A DNA stretch of 64,000 nt from Bacteroidota bacterium (GCA_024276745.1 JAJRWN010000006.1:11926-75925), one strand, 5' to 3'; numbered from the stretch's first letter, positions 1 to 10,426 are shown. A program made the numbers and translations. The notes: generated by a model not told the origin, from the letters alone.

Positions 1-96
1 GTCGATTTTTAATCAAGTTTTTGCGATAAGAATCATGCTTTTTAAAATGATTTATTCTTTATTTTGCCCCACGATTTTATTTAACAAAATAAGACG

Positions 97-447
97 ATGA
101 ACGCTGATTATATACTGCTTTTTTTCCTGACAGGAATCCTGATGGTTGCCGGTGGAATGATTATGGCCTATATGATATCGCCAAAATCAGAGAACAAACA
201 AAAGCGTGAAACCTATGAAAGTGGTATTCCTACGATTGGAAAAACCTGGGTACAATTTAAAGTAGGATACTATCTCTTTGCTATACTATTTCTCATATTC
301 GATGTAGAAACAGTCTTTATTTTTCCATGGGCAGTAGCTATGAAAAAAGTAGGTATGACAGCTTTTGTCGAAATTCTTATATTTTTTGTCATTCTCGGTA
401 TCGGATTATTGTATGCCTGGAAGAAAAATGCACTTGAATGGGAATGA
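97..447 (+). CDS. nuoA: NADH-quinone oxidoreductase subunit A
   Basis: 116-aa ORF with three hydrophobic helices and NuoA/ND3-type motifs 'YESGIP' and '[11 protein letters not shown]'. First cistron of a tightly packed nuo run; its 3' end overlaps the nuoB start by 10 nt. Confidence 0.9.
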   Translation: MNADYILLFFLTGILMVAGGMIMAYMISPKSENKQKRETYESGIPTIGKTWVQFKVGYYLFAILFLIFDVETVFIFPWAVAMKKVGMTAFVEILIFFVILGIGLLYAWKKNALEWE

Positions 448-992
448 TAGAAGTAGAAAAAACGGGGGATTTAAAAGATTTTCCGGGTAAAATCTTACAA
501 GGAGGCGGAGCCAACGTAACGGTGACCACGCTCGACAACATTATGAACTGGGCACGTGCCAATTCCTTATGGCCACTTACCTTTGGAACTAGTTGTTGTG
601 CCATAGAAATGATGGCTACCGGCTCTTCAAAACACGATTGGGCACGCTTTGGTACCGAAGTAGCCCGGGCAACTCCGCGACAAGCTGATTTGATTGTGAT
701 TGCAGGAACCATTGTCAATAAAATGGCTCCTGTTCTTAAGAGATTGTATGATCAAATGGCTGATCCAAAATATGTCATTGCCATGGGCGCTTGTGCTATA
801 TCGGGAGGCCCTTTTTACTATAATTCATACTCTGTGGTTAAAGGTGCCGATCATATTATTCCGGTCGATGTTTATGTGCCCGGTTGTCCACCTCGTCCCG
901 AAGCCCTGCTCTTTGGTTTGATGGAATTGCAGAAAAAGATTAAAAATGAATCAAGACGTTATCCCGAAAATAAACTGAAAGACTATGAATAG
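438..992 (+). CDS. nuoB: NADH-quinone oxidoreductase subunit B
   Basis: 184 aa with the N2-cluster cysteine motifs '[10 protein letters not shown]', 'GACAISGG' and 'VPGCPPRPE'. Confidence 0.95.
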   Translation: MGMIEVEKTGDLKDFPGKILQGGGANVTVTTLDNIMNWARANSLWPLTFGTSCCAIEMMATGSSKHDWARFGTEVARATPRQADLIVIAGTIVNKMAPVLKRLYDQMADPKYVIAMGACAISGGPFYYNSYSVVKGADHIIPVDVYVPGCPPRPEALLFGLMELQKKIKNESRRYPENKLKDYE

Positions 993-1449
993 GGAAGAGT
1001 TGACAGCTTATATCAAAAGTCTGGGAAACACGATTGAAGTCGTGGATGAACCAACACAATTCCCAACTTTTATGATACCGGCTTCCGATTGGAAAGCATT
1101 TGCTTTGACCTTACGCAATGATGAAAAATTAACATTCGATTTTCTGTATTGCCTTAGTGGGGTTGACTGGTCCGATTGTATGTGGGTGGTTTATCATTTT
1201 CGCTCAACCCAAAGCAAACAGTCGATTGTTGTGAAAGCCCGGATTGATGATAGAAATAATGCAATCATTGATACGGTAGCTGATATCTGGAAAACAGCTG
1301 AATTTCATGAACGCGAAGCCTATGACCTTTTCGGTATCCAATTTCAGGGGCATCCGGATTTACGCAGATTATTATTACCCGATGATTGGGTGGGCTGGCC
1401 CTTGAGAAAAGATTATCAGGATGATGTAAATATGGTAATGTGGAAATGA
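985..1449 (+). CDS. nuoC: NADH-quinone oxidoreductase subunit C (short, unfused form)
   Basis: 154 aa with the 30-kDa subunit signature '[31 protein letters not shown]'. Ends in TGA and overlaps the nuoD start. Confidence 0.9.
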   Translation: MNREELTAYIKSLGNTIEVVDEPTQFPTFMIPASDWKAFALTLRNDEKLTFDFLYCLSGVDWSDCMWVVYHFRSTQSKQSIVVKARIDDRNNAIIDTVADIWKTAEFHEREAYDLFGIQFQGHPDLRRLLLPDDWVGWPLRKDYQDDVNMVMWK

Positions 1450-2564
1450 TGGCCGATAAAAAAGCAGGATTAAAATCTCAGGAATACTTCATTAATATGG
1501 GGCCGCAGCATCCGTCAACCCACGGTGTATTGCGATTGCTCCTTTCTCTTGATGGAGAAATTGTAAAAAAAGTGGAACCTCATCTGGGTTATATTCACCG
1601 TTCTATCGAAAAAATGTGTGAATTTGATTCTTACGGTCAAATTGTTCACCTCACCGACCGGATGGATTATCTTGCTTCTCATATTAATAATGAAGCGGTT
1701 TGCCTGGCCGTTGAAAATGCGCTTGAAATAGAAGTTAACGAGCGGATAAAAACCATTAGGACCATCATTGCTGAATTACAAAGACTTTCTTCTCATCAGT
1801 TGTGGTGGGGAGTTATGGGCATGGATTTGGGAGCCATTACTACCTTTTTATATGGTTTTCGCGACCGGGAAATGATTACCGATATTTTTGAAGAAACTTG
1901 TGGCGCCCGCCTTACTATGAACTATAATATGCCCGGTGGGCTGATGTTTGATATTCATCCGGATTTTCAGAAGAAGGTAAAAGCTTTTCTCAAACATTTT
2001 AAAAAGAAATTACCCGAATATGATCAGCTACTTTCTGATAACGTTATTTTCAGAGAAAGAACCGTAGGTGTAGGAAAACTATCTAAAGAAGATGCAATAT
2101 CCTATGGCGTTACCGGTCCTACCGGAAGAGCATCCGGATTTTCAAACGATGTGAGAAAACAGGAAGCTTACAGTGCCTACAATAAAGTGAACTTTAAAGA
2201 GATTTTATATACCGAAGGAGATTGTTTTGCACGCTATAAAGCACGCATTGATGAAATGTGGGAATCGATGCATATCATTGAACAGTTGATTGATAATATA
2301 CCGGAAGGCCTATATCGTGAGAAAATGAGAAAAGTAATCAAATTGCCCAAAGGCGAATATTACCAAAGGGTTGAAACACCAAGAGGAGAATTAGGAGTGT
2401 ATATTATCAGTGAAGGAGGCATGTCTCCTTATCGACTCAAATTTCGTTCACCCGGATTTAGCAATTTATCGGCACTCGACCACATGGCGCGAGGCAGTAA
2501 AATTGCCGATTTGGTAGCGATTATGTCAACAATAGATTTAGTAATTCCCGATATTGACCGATAA
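1440..2564 (+). CDS. nuoD: NADH-quinone oxidoreductase subunit D
   Basis: 374 aa with the 49-kDa subunit signatures '[15 protein letters not shown]' and C-terminal 'DLVIPDIDR'. The ORF-track start at 1440 is GTG; in-frame ATGs at 1446 and 1449 are alternatives. Confidence 0.95.
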   Translation: MEMMADKKAGLKSQEYFINMGPQHPSTHGVLRLLLSLDGEIVKKVEPHLGYIHRSIEKMCEFDSYGQIVHLTDRMDYLASHINNEAVCLAVENALEIEVNERIKTIRTIIAELQRLSSHQLWWGVMGMDLGAITTFLYGFRDREMITDIFEETCGARLTMNYNMPGGLMFDIHPDFQKKVKAFLKHFKKKLPEYDQLLSDNVIFRERTVGVGKLSKEDAISYGVTGPTGRASGFSNDVRKQEAYSAYNKVNFKEILYTEGDCFARYKARIDEMWESMHIIEQLIDNIPEGLYREKMRKVIKLPKGEYYQRVETPRGELGVYIISEGGMSPYRLKFRSPGFSNLSALDHMARGSKIADLVAIMSTIDLVIPDIDR

Positions 2565-2574
2565 AGCATTGAAA

Positions 2575-3663
2575 ATGGTATTTAATATTTACGATTTTAC
2601 CGGCTTAACAGAATGGATTCATGAAGGATTGAGCAGGAGTTTATCCCCCGGGCTTACGCTTGTCGTTGAATGGGCTTTGATTGGAGCCGGATTGCTTACC
2701 CTGGTAGCTTTACTTGGTTTGGTACTTATTTATCTCGAGCGCAAAGTATCGGCTGTCATTCAGCAAAGAATGGGCCCCATGCGGGTAGGCCCCTGGGGAA
2801 TGACTCAAACTGTGGCAGACGTTTTGAAACTATTGCTGAAAGAACCCTTAATGACTCGTAATGCAGATAAGTTTCTGTTTAATCTTGCACCTTTTATTGT
2901 TATGACTGCCAGCTTCTTAGCATTAGGAGCTTTGCCCTTTGCTTTAGGGTTGCATATTATGGATCTCAATATTGGAATCCTGTATATTACCGCTATTACT
3001 TCGCTCGGTGTTATAGGTATTTTATTAGGCGGTTGGGCCAGTAATAATAAGTTTAGCTTAATCGGAGCCATAAGAAGCGGAGCTCAAATTATTAGCTACG
3101 AACTATCGGTGAGCCTTGCTATTTTAAGTATTGTGGTGCTTACCGGAAGTTTGCAGATATCAGAAATAATCAATACCCAACAAAACGGATGGTGGCTCTT
3201 TAAAGGCCATATCCCTGCCTTAATTGCATTTGTTATTTTTCTGATTGCCGGTATTGCCGAATTAAACCGGGGCCCTTTTGATTTGCCTGAAGCCGAATCA
3301 GAATTAACAGCAGGTTTCCATACCGAATATTCAGGTTTTAAATTTGCATTTTTCTTTCTCGCAGAGTTTATCAATATGTTTATTCTGGCCGGAGTAGGAG
3401 CTATTCTTTTTCTTGGTGGATGGTTACCCTTGCATTTTGGAATCGACAATAGTTTTAATCATGTAATGGATTTTATTCCACCAATATTTTGGTTTTTTGG
3501 AAAAATATTCGCCTTAATATTGTTGATGATGTGGTTTAAATGGACTTTTCCGCGTCTGAGAATTGATCAGTTGCTGAAATTAGAATGGAAATATTTATTA
3601 CCACTTAATTTACTGAACATCTTGTTAATGGCATTTATCGCTATGCAGGGTTGGTATTTTTAA
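2575..3663 (+). CDS. nuoH: NADH-quinone oxidoreductase subunit H
   Basis: NuoH/ND1 signatures 'RKVSAVIQQRMGPMRVGPWG' and 'DLPEAESELTAGFHTEYSG', with many TM segments. The ORF track opens at TTG 2554; the first ATG is 2575, 10 nt after the nuoD stop. It directly follows nuoD, with no nuoEFG between them. Confidence 0.95.
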   Translation: MVFNIYDFTGLTEWIHEGLSRSLSPGLTLVVEWALIGAGLLTLVALLGLVLIYLERKVSAVIQQRMGPMRVGPWGMTQTVADVLKLLLKEPLMTRNADKFLFNLAPFIVMTASFLALGALPFALGLHIMDLNIGILYITAITSLGVIGILLGGWASNNKFSLIGAIRSGAQIISYELSVSLAILSIVVLTGSLQISEIINTQQNGWWLFKGHIPALIAFVIFLIAGIAELNRGPFDLPEAESELTAGFHTEYSGFKFAFFFLAEFINMFILAGVGAILFLGGWLPLHFGIDNSFNHVMDFIPPIFWFFGKIFALILLMMWFKWTFPRLRIDQLLKLEWKYLLPLNLLNILLMAFIAMQGWYF

Positions 3664-4161
3664 ATGATTTGGATAAGAATGAAAGCAATTATACATTATT
3701 TTAAAACCATTTTTGCAGCCTTAAAAACCCTTGTAAAAGGCATGGCCATAACAGGACACTATTTCATTCATCCTAAAGAAATCATTACGCAACAATATCC
3801 CGAAAACCGCGATACGCTCAAAATGTTTGAACGGTTCAGAGGAGAAGTGGTCTTGTTGCATAACGAAAATAATGAGCATCGTTGTACCGGATGTTCGGCT
3901 TGCGAAATTGCCTGCCCCAACGGAACCATTGAAATTATTACAAAAAGGGTTGAAACCCCTGAGGGTAGAAAAGTGAAACAAATTGATCGCTTTGTTTATC
4001 ATCTGTCGATGTGTACGATGTGTAATTTATGTATTCTGGCCTGCCCAACCGATGCCATCGTGATGAGCAATGATTTTGAACATGCTGTCTTTGACCGCAG
4101 CCAATTAACCAAAATATTAAATAAACCCGGTTCAAAATTAATGGAAGGAGTAAGACATTAA
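3664..4161 (+). CDS. nuoI: NADH-quinone oxidoreductase subunit I
   Basis: 165 aa with two 4Fe-4S ferredoxin motifs, 'CTGCSACEIACP' and 'CTMCNLCILACP'. The ATG abuts the nuoH stop. Confidence 0.95.
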   Translation: MIWIRMKAIIHYFKTIFAALKTLVKGMAITGHYFIHPKEIITQQYPENRDTLKMFERFRGEVVLLHNENNEHRCTGCSACEIACPNGTIEIITKRVETPEGRKVKQIDRFVYHLSMCTMCNLCILACPTDAIVMSNDFEHAVFDRSQLTKILNKPGSKLMEGVRH

Positions 4162-4163
4162 TC

Positions 4164-4703
4164 ATGGAACAGATTATTACATACATATTATTGGCCTTGA
4201 TGCTTATCTTCTCTGTCATGACGGTTACTTCGGGAAGAATATTACGCTCGGCTGTGTATTTATTAACGGTTTTAGTCGCTACGGCAGCCATTTATTTTAT
4301 AATGCAATATCAATTCCTGGCTGCTGTTCAAATCACCCTGTATGCCGGTGGTATCGTGGTATTAATTATCTTTTCCATTCTACTGACCCATCATATTGAG
4401 CATCGAATGGAGAATCCGGTGTTTTGGAAAGCCATGATTTCGGCTCTCGCTGCTTTAGGGGCCGTTGCTATGATTGCCTGGGTGCTGAAAGATGCACAAT
4501 CGATTCAAAATGTAGCAGGATTTATTCCTCCGAAAATGGAAGATATCGGCATGGCTTTGTTATCTTATGGCAAACAGGGATATGTGCTTCCTTTTGAAGT
4601 GATTTCAGTATTGTTACTTGCCGCTATGATTGGTGCTATAGCTGTTGCCAAACCGGCATTGCTTCAATTTAAAAATAAAAATTTTAAACAGGATGATCAG
4701 TAA
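4164..4703 (+). CDS. nuoJ: NADH-quinone oxidoreductase subunit J
   Basis: 179-aa hydrophobic protein in the J position of the operon, with an ND6-like segment 'VQITLYAGGIVVLIIF'. Confidence 0.85.
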   Translation: MEQIITYILLALMLIFSVMTVTSGRILRSAVYLLTVLVATAAIYFIMQYQFLAAVQITLYAGGIVVLIIFSILLTHHIEHRMENPVFWKAMISALAALGAVAMIAWVLKDAQSIQNVAGFIPPKMEDIGMALLSYGKQGYVLPFEVISVLLLAAMIGAIAVAKPALLQFKNKNFKQDDQ

Positions 4704-5010
4704 TATACCTGCATTACATTTTCTGATTGTTGGCAGCTTGATGTTTTTTATCGGTGTTTACGGTTTCCTTACCCGGAAAAATATAATTGCCATGCTGCTT
4801 TCTGCAGAGCTGATGATCAATGCGGTGGCTTTCAATTTTGCCATACTGAACCGCTATGTCTTTCCGGTTCATCTTGAAGGTTATTTTTTCAGCCTTTTTA
4901 TCATTGCGGTGGCGGCAGCCGATGCAGCGGTTGCTATTGCCATTATTATTAACATTTACCGAAACTTCGACACCATAGAGGTAGAAGAAGTGGATGATAT
5001 GAAATATTAA
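4693..5010 (+). CDS. nuoK: NADH-quinone oxidoreductase subunit K
   Basis: The ORF track opens at 4645, but the conserved ND4L-like body begins at ATG 4693 ('MISNIPALHFLIV'). Contains the motif 'LSAELMINAV'. The start overlaps the nuoJ 3' end. Confidence 0.9.
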   Translation: MISNIPALHFLIVGSLMFFIGVYGFLTRKNIIAMLLSAELMINAVAFNFAILNRYVFPVHLEGYFFSLFIIAVAAADAAVAIAIIINIYRNFDTIEVEEVDDMKY

Positions 5011-5034
5011 ACTAAAACAGGATTAGCATTAAAC

Positions 5035-6951
5035 ATGGATTATAGCTATACCATTTGGATTGTTCTTCTTCCCCTGATATCATTTCTTTTGCTGGGATTG
5101 TTCGGCAATAAGTTTAAACCAATGGTATCAGGAATTATCGGCACTTTGGTTCTCGGTACCATAACCGTACTTTCTTATTTCACCGCCTGGCAATATTTCT
5201 TTACTGACGGAAAAGTAGATGGAGCCTATCGGGCCATCACCGGATTCAATCATGTTTGGCTTACCCTCACCGAATCACTTCATATTGATTTGGGGGTACT
5301 GCTCGACCCGATTTCGGTCATGATGCTATTGGTGGTCAGCACCATTTCCTTGATGGTACATATCTACAGCCTGGGCTACATGAAGGGTGAAGACGGTTTT
5401 TACCGCTACTATGCTTTCTTGTCATTATTTACTTTTTCCATGCTCGGTCTGGTGGTGGCTACCAATATTTTCCAAATGTATATTTTTTGGGAGTTGGTGG
5501 GTGCCTCATCCTATTTGCTCATTGGATTTTACTATAAAAAACCCAGTGCAGTAGCTGCTTCAAAAAAAGCTTTTATCGTTACCCGTTTTGCCGATTTAGG
5601 CTTTTTAATCGGTATTCTGATTTTATCCTTTTTTACCGGAACCTTTGATTTTGCCGCACTTACTAATCCATCCGGACAAGTGCTTGGAAGTATAGCCGGC
5701 ACTTCTTTCATAGGATTATCGGTTTTAAGCTGGTCGATGATATTGATTTTCATGGGCGGTGCCGGTAAATCGGCCATGTTTCCATTGCATATCTGGCTGC
5801 CTGATGCTATGGAAGGGCCAACACCGGTTTCGGCATTAATCCATGCGGCTACCATGGTAGTTGCCGGGGTTTATCTGGTAGCCCGGATGTTTCCGGTTTA
5901 CGCTATTTGGGCTCCCGAAAGTCTGGCTATTATTGCTTTTGTAGGGGCATTTACTTCTTTGTTTGCTGCTGTTATCGCTTGCACACAAACCGATATAAAA
6001 CGGATATTGGCCTATTCCACTATTTCCCAGATTGGCTATATGATGCTGGCTCTCGGAGTTGCCGGATATGGGGGTGAAGCCGGTAGTGGATTTACGGCTT
6101 CTATGTTTCACCTGACTACGCATGCCATGTTTAAAGCTTTACTATTCCTCGGAGCAGGTTCTATCATTCATGCCGTGCATAGCAATGAGATGGGAGATAT
6201 GGGCAGTTTGAGAAAATATATGCCTGTAACGGCTATTACTTTTCTCATTGCTTGTTTGTCTATTTCAGGCATCCCTCCATTTGCCGGTTTTTTCAGTAAA
6301 GATGAAATTTTGGCGGCAGCCTATACAAGTCAACCAATTTATTTCTGGGTCGAATGGTTCGTGGCCGGACTGACCGCCTTTTATATGTTTAGGCTTTATT
6401 TTGGTGTTTTTTGGGGAAAGAAAACAGAATATAAACACAAACCCAAAGAAGCACCATTAAGCATGACCATTCCATTGATTGTGCTTGCCATCGGTGCAGC
6501 CGCTGCCGGTTTTATTCCTTTCGGAGATTTTGTTTCTTCTGATGGCTTAGCCCATGAAGCGTCATTTCATTGGAATATTGCTTCACTATCAATTTTGATT
6601 GCTTTGGCAGGACTTGCTTTGGCAGCCTGGCTCTATTTACGTGAATCGAGCAGACCTGAAAAAGTTGCTGCCGGATTTAAAGGATTTTATACCGCAGCTT
6701 ATCATAAATTTTATTTCGATGAACTGTATTTGTTTATCACAAAAAAAATTGTCTTTGAGTTGATATCGCAACCCCTTGCATGGTTCGACCGGCATATTGT
6801 TGACGGATTTATGAATCTAATTGGCCGGATGATTTACCGGTTTGCTGTAGCTGTGAAACGTTTTCAGTCAGGACAAATGCAACAATATGCTTTTGTATTT
6901 GTTTCAGGAGTTGTGGTGCTGGCTTTGATCATTTTAATCTGGTGGACTTAA
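5035..6951 (+). CDS. nuoL: NADH-quinone oxidoreductase subunit L
   Basis: 638 aa with an ND5-type antiporter-like core ('WELVGASSYLLIGF', 'SALIHAATMVVAGVYL') and a long C-terminal extension, as expected for the lateral helix. Confidence 0.95.
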   Translation: MDYSYTIWIVLLPLISFLLLGLFGNKFKPMVSGIIGTLVLGTITVLSYFTAWQYFFTDGKVDGAYRAITGFNHVWLTLTESLHIDLGVLLDPISVMMLLVVSTISLMVHIYSLGYMKGEDGFYRYYAFLSLFTFSMLGLVVATNIFQMYIFWELVGASSYLLIGFYYKKPSAVAASKKAFIVTRFADLGFLIGILILSFFTGTFDFAALTNPSGQVLGSIAGTSFIGLSVLSWSMILIFMGGAGKSAMFPLHIWLPDAMEGPTPVSALIHAATMVVAGVYLVARMFPVYAIWAPESLAIIAFVGAFTSLFAAVIACTQTDIKRILAYSTISQIGYMMLALGVAGYGGEAGSGFTASMFHLTTHAMFKALLFLGAGSIIHAVHSNEMGDMGSLRKYMPVTAITFLIACLSISGIPPFAGFFSKDEILAAAYTSQPIYFWVEWFVAGLTAFYMFRLYFGVFWGKKTEYKHKPKEAPLSMTIPLIVLAIGAAAAGFIPFGDFVSSDGLAHEASFHWNIASLSILIALAGLALAAWLYLRESSRPEKVAAGFKGFYTAAYHKFYFDELYLFITKKIVFELISQPLAWFDRHIVDGFMNLIGRMIYRFAVAVKRFQSGQMQQYAFVFVSGVVVLALIILIWWT

Positions 6952-6961
6952 ATAAAAAACT

Positions 6962-8461
6962 ATGGGATTATTGTTACCACTGATTATTGTTCCGGTTTTA
7001 ACGGTTATTGTCATTGCTTTTACCCGTACGCAGCATCAAACCCGTATGACGGCTGCTATCGGTATGGGCATACAGTTATTATTATCGGTAAATCTGGTGA
7101 TTCAATATTTATTGGAACGAAAAACCGGCAATAAGGCCGAAATGCTTTTCAGAAAAAGCTGGGTTTGGTTCGATAGCCTGAATATTAAACTTGATATTGG
7201 CGTTGACGGTATCTCTGTTGCCATGATTTTATTAACGGGAATTGTGGTTTTTGCCGGTGTTTTTGCCTCATGGAAAGTCAAAAACTTAAGTAAAGAGTTT
7301 TTTATATCTCTTATATTATTGGCAACAGGCGTTTTCGGATTCTTTATCACAATCGATTTGTTTGTGCTGTTCTTATTTTATGAAATGGCCGTCATTCCCA
7401 TGTATTTGCTAATCGGAATCTGGGGTACGGGTCCGAAAGAATACTCTGCCATGAAACTAACCTTGATGCTGATGGCCGGTTCTGCGCTTATTCTGGTAGG
7501 AATTCTCGGTATTTATTTTAATTCGGCTCCTGATGGTGGTGCGCTTACCTATAATTTGCTGGAGATTGCAAAAATCAATATACCACTGCCGGCACAACGC
7601 ATGTTTTTTCCCTTGACTTTTGCTGGTTTTGGCGTTTTAAGTGCCTTGTTTCCTTTCCATACCTGGTCGCCCGATGGTCATGCTTCGGCCCCTACGGCTG
7701 TTTCCATGCTGCATGCAGGCGTATTGATGAAACTGGGAGGCTATGGTTGCCTGCGGGTAGCGATGTTCCTGATGCCTCAGGCTGCTCACGAAATGGCCAT
7801 CATTTTCCTTGTGCCAACCGGCATAAGTGTTATCTACGGTGCTTTTGTTGCCGTCAGTCAAAAAGATTTAAAATATATCAATGCTTATTCATCGGTAAGC
7901 CATGTGGGTTTAATCTTGTTTGCCCTGCTGATGCTGAATAAAACCGCTATTACCGGTGCGGTTTTGCAAATGGTTTCTCACGGTTTGATGACCGCCTTAT
8001 TCTTTGCATTGATTGGGATGATTTACGGAAGAACTCACACCAGGATGATAGATAAAATGGGTGGTTTGCTAAAAGTAATGCCTTTTCTTGGTGCTGCTTA
8101 TATTATTGCCGGTTTTGCATCATTGGGCCTACCCGGATTAAGTGGCTTTGTTGCCGAAATGAATATTTTCGTGGGTGCTTTCCAGGTGAGTGATACTTTT
8201 CATCGTGTACTAACTATTTTAGCGGTATCAAGTATAGTTGTAACGGCTGTTTACGTGCTCAGGGTAGTTGCACGGCTATTATTGGGCCCTATTGAAAAAG
8301 CTGAATACGAAATGATTGAGGACGGACATTGGTACGAAAAATTTTCTACCGGATTACTCATTGTTGCGATAGCCGGTATGGGTATGATACCTCTTTGGCT
8401 TACCGATATGATACGCGATAGCCTTGATCCGATTATGACTAAACTGGCTTCAAGTATTTAA
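6962..8461 (+). CDS. nuoM: NADH-quinone oxidoreductase subunit M
   Basis: 499 aa with ND4-type motifs 'YEMAVIPMYLLIGIWG' and 'MLHAGVLMKLGGYG'. Confidence 0.95.
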   Translation: MGLLLPLIIVPVLTVIVIAFTRTQHQTRMTAAIGMGIQLLLSVNLVIQYLLERKTGNKAEMLFRKSWVWFDSLNIKLDIGVDGISVAMILLTGIVVFAGVFASWKVKNLSKEFFISLILLATGVFGFFITIDLFVLFLFYEMAVIPMYLLIGIWGTGPKEYSAMKLTLMLMAGSALILVGILGIYFNSAPDGGALTYNLLEIAKINIPLPAQRMFFPLTFAGFGVLSALFPFHTWSPDGHASAPTAVSMLHAGVLMKLGGYGCLRVAMFLMPQAAHEMAIIFLVPTGISVIYGAFVAVSQKDLKYINAYSSVSHVGLILFALLMLNKTAITGAVLQMVSHGLMTALFFALIGMIYGRTHTRMIDKMGGLLKVMPFLGAAYIIAGFASLGLPGLSGFVAEMNIFVGAFQVSDTFHRVLTILAVSSIVVTAVYVLRVVARLLLGPIEKAEYEMIEDGHWYEKFSTGLLIVAIAGMGMIPLWLTDMIRDSLDPIMTKLASSI

Positions 8462-8470
8462 ACAAACATT

Positions 8471-9895
8471 ATGAGTTGGGATCAATTATTATTCATGCGT
8501 CACGAAATTATCCTTATCATACTTATGTTGGTGATGATTATCGCCAATCTATTGACTAAGGATGAGAATAAGGAAAAACTAATCCATCTTGCTTCTATTC
8601 TATTTTTTGCCAATCTGATTGCCGGTTTTTTGCCTGCCCGCTATGGCAGTGCTTTCGGGTCTATGTTTGTTGCCAATCAATCCGGTATCATGATGAAAAA
8701 CATACTTAATATTGCCACTTTCATTGTGATACTCCAATCCGGTGAATGGCTCAAAAAAGAAATTGAAAATAAACCCCGGATAGCCGATTTCTTTATCCTC
8801 ATACTAGCGAGCCTTATTGGTATGTTCTTTATGATATCATCAGGCCATTTTCTGATGCTTTTTATCGGTCTTGAATTGGCTACCATTCCGGTAGCAGCCC
8901 TGGCAGCCTTTGAACAAGGCAAACGAAAATCGGCAGAAGCCGGTGTAAAACTTATTTTACTCTCTACATTTTCGGCTGCCATTATGCTTTTTGGACTCGG
9001 TATGATTTATGGAAGTACCGGTTCCATGTACTTCAATGAAGTACTTACTAATTTTAACGGTAGTGCTTTAGGTATGCTTGGTTTTGTTTTCTTCTTTTCC
9101 GGATTGGCTTTTAAAATTTCAATAGTTCCTTTCCATCTGTGGACAGCCGATGTTTATGAAGGAGCTCCTGTAAATGTCACATCTTATCTTTCTGTAGTTT
9201 CGAAAGCAGCCGCTTTGTATATCCTTATGGTTGTTTTTTATACCGTCTTTATCAATATCTCCGCTTCCTGGACAGAGATTTTATATATCGTTTCAATTTT
9301 AACCATGACGCTTGGAAATCTGTTTGCCATACGACAAAAAAACATCAAACGTTTTATGGCTTTTTCATCTATTGCCCAGGCCGGTTTTATTTTGCTTGGC
9401 ATTATAGGCGGTGCAGGCATGGGGATGACTGTGGTGATGTATTTTATCTTGATTTATGTCTTTTCCAATTTAGCTGTATTTGGCATAGCAACAAGTGTTT
9501 ACCGGCATAGTGGTAAAGAAAAAATCAGGGATTTGGACGGATTTTACCAAACGAACCCGCGTCTAAGCTTAATTATGATGCTGGCATTATTTTCATTGGC
9601 CGGGATTCCGCCTGTAGCCGGATTTTTTGGAAAATTCTTTTTGTTTACAGCAGCTGCTTCCAAAGGCTATTTCTGGCTGGTATTGATTGCGGTTTTGAAT
9701 GCAACTATATACCTGTATTATTATTTGATGGTGGTTAAGGCCATGTTTATCAATCAAAGTGATGAAGCCATTGATACGATTCAGAGCGATTTTCCTATGC
9801 GTTTGAGTCTGGCTCTTTGTGCTATTGCTTTGATAGCCATCGGATTTATCGGCCCGCTATACGAATGGATTAATAACGTTGCAACTGCTTTTTAA
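8471..9895 (+). CDS. nuoN: NADH-quinone oxidoreductase subunit N
   Basis: 474 aa with ND2-type motifs 'GLELATIPV' and 'FHLWTADVYEGAP'. Confidence 0.9.
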   Translation: MSWDQLLFMRHEIILIILMLVMIIANLLTKDENKEKLIHLASILFFANLIAGFLPARYGSAFGSMFVANQSGIMMKNILNIATFIVILQSGEWLKKEIENKPRIADFFILILASLIGMFFMISSGHFLMLFIGLELATIPVAALAAFEQGKRKSAEAGVKLILLSTFSAAIMLFGLGMIYGSTGSMYFNEVLTNFNGSALGMLGFVFFFSGLAFKISIVPFHLWTADVYEGAPVNVTSYLSVVSKAAALYILMVVFYTVFINISASWTEILYIVSILTMTLGNLFAIRQKNIKRFMAFSSIAQAGFILLGIIGGAGMGMTVVMYFILIYVFSNLAVFGIATSVYRHSGKEKIRDLDGFYQTNPRLSLIMMLALFSLAGIPPVAGFFGKFFLFTAAASKGYFWLVLIAVLNATIYLYYYLMVVKAMFINQSDEAIDTIQSDFPMRLSLALCAIALIAIGFIGPLYEWINNVATAF

Positions 9896-9905
9896 ATAAA
9901 TAATC

Positions 9906-10262
9906 ATGTTTATCAACCACGGAAAACATATAGAACAGGAAATTGACGGACTAAGATGCCGCATTGTTGAAAAAGGGGCTAATGCTGAACGTGCAGAATT
10001 TCTAAAAAAACTACTTGAATATAATAATCTTGAAGTAAGAATTGCAGAAGAACCCCGGAAAGAAACCGTTGAAGGGGAAGAAGCTACTCCTATTACCTTT
10101 TCAATAGGAGTTACCGATATAACATTCAATCCTGTGGTGGCTCTTTATGAAAGGGATTTGCGAACGCCTGACGGTAAAATTGTTTCTCCGGCTTTTTGGA
10201 ATCAGCAAGCTCCGGCAACAGGTGAACATTCCTGGTATTGGCGCTACGACAGGGAAAAGTAA
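9906..10262 (+). CDS. hypothetical soluble protein, apparent last cistron of the nuo operon
   Basis: 118-aa ORF whose ATG lies 10 nt after the nuoN stop, followed by a 164-nt gap. No TM segment or signal peptide, a single Cys, and an acidic centre 'EEPRKETVEGEEATP'. I recognise no family. Confidence 0.6.
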   Translation: MFINHGKHIEQEIDGLRCRIVEKGANAERAEFLKKLLEYNNLEVRIAEEPRKETVEGEEATPITFSIGVTDITFNPVVALYERDLRTPDGKIVSPAFWNQQAPATGEHSWYWRYDREK

Positions 10263-10391
10263 AAGGTTTATAACGATTTACCCTTTTTCTGTTTTCCGGC
10301 TTCATCTTGTTTAAATCATTTTCCAATCATGTGTTTTGAAAATAATGACCTATCCGGAAAATCAATATGGCAATCTTGCTGTTCATTTCCT

Positions 10392-10399
10392 TACTTTTG
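10392..10399 (+). promoter_or_regulatory. Bacteroidota-type -7 promoter box (TActTTTG)
   Basis: Exact match to TAnnTTTG, 27 nt upstream of the ATG at 10427. A chance match in AT-rich DNA is possible. Confidence 0.4.
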
Positions 10400-10426
10400 A
10401 CTGTTTAATATCTATCCAATCTGTCG

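Noticed and set aside
389-10129. Numerous 60-120-aa ORFs antisense to, or out of frame with, the nuo genes (for example 389..718, 2805..3071, 3096..3449, 5532..5855, 7102..7350, 8677..8982).
   Set aside because: All lie entirely inside strongly supported nuo coding regions. They have low-complexity or odd composition and no recognisable motifs, so they are typical shadow ORFs.
10263-10400. An open frame of about 45 codons continuing directly after the TAA of the 118-aa ORF, plus the antisense ORF at 10126..10326.
   Set aside because: The translation (KVYNDLPFFCFPASSCLNHF...) is Cys/Phe-rich and not protein-like. The region contains the promoter-like box for the next gene. The open frame is most likely chance.
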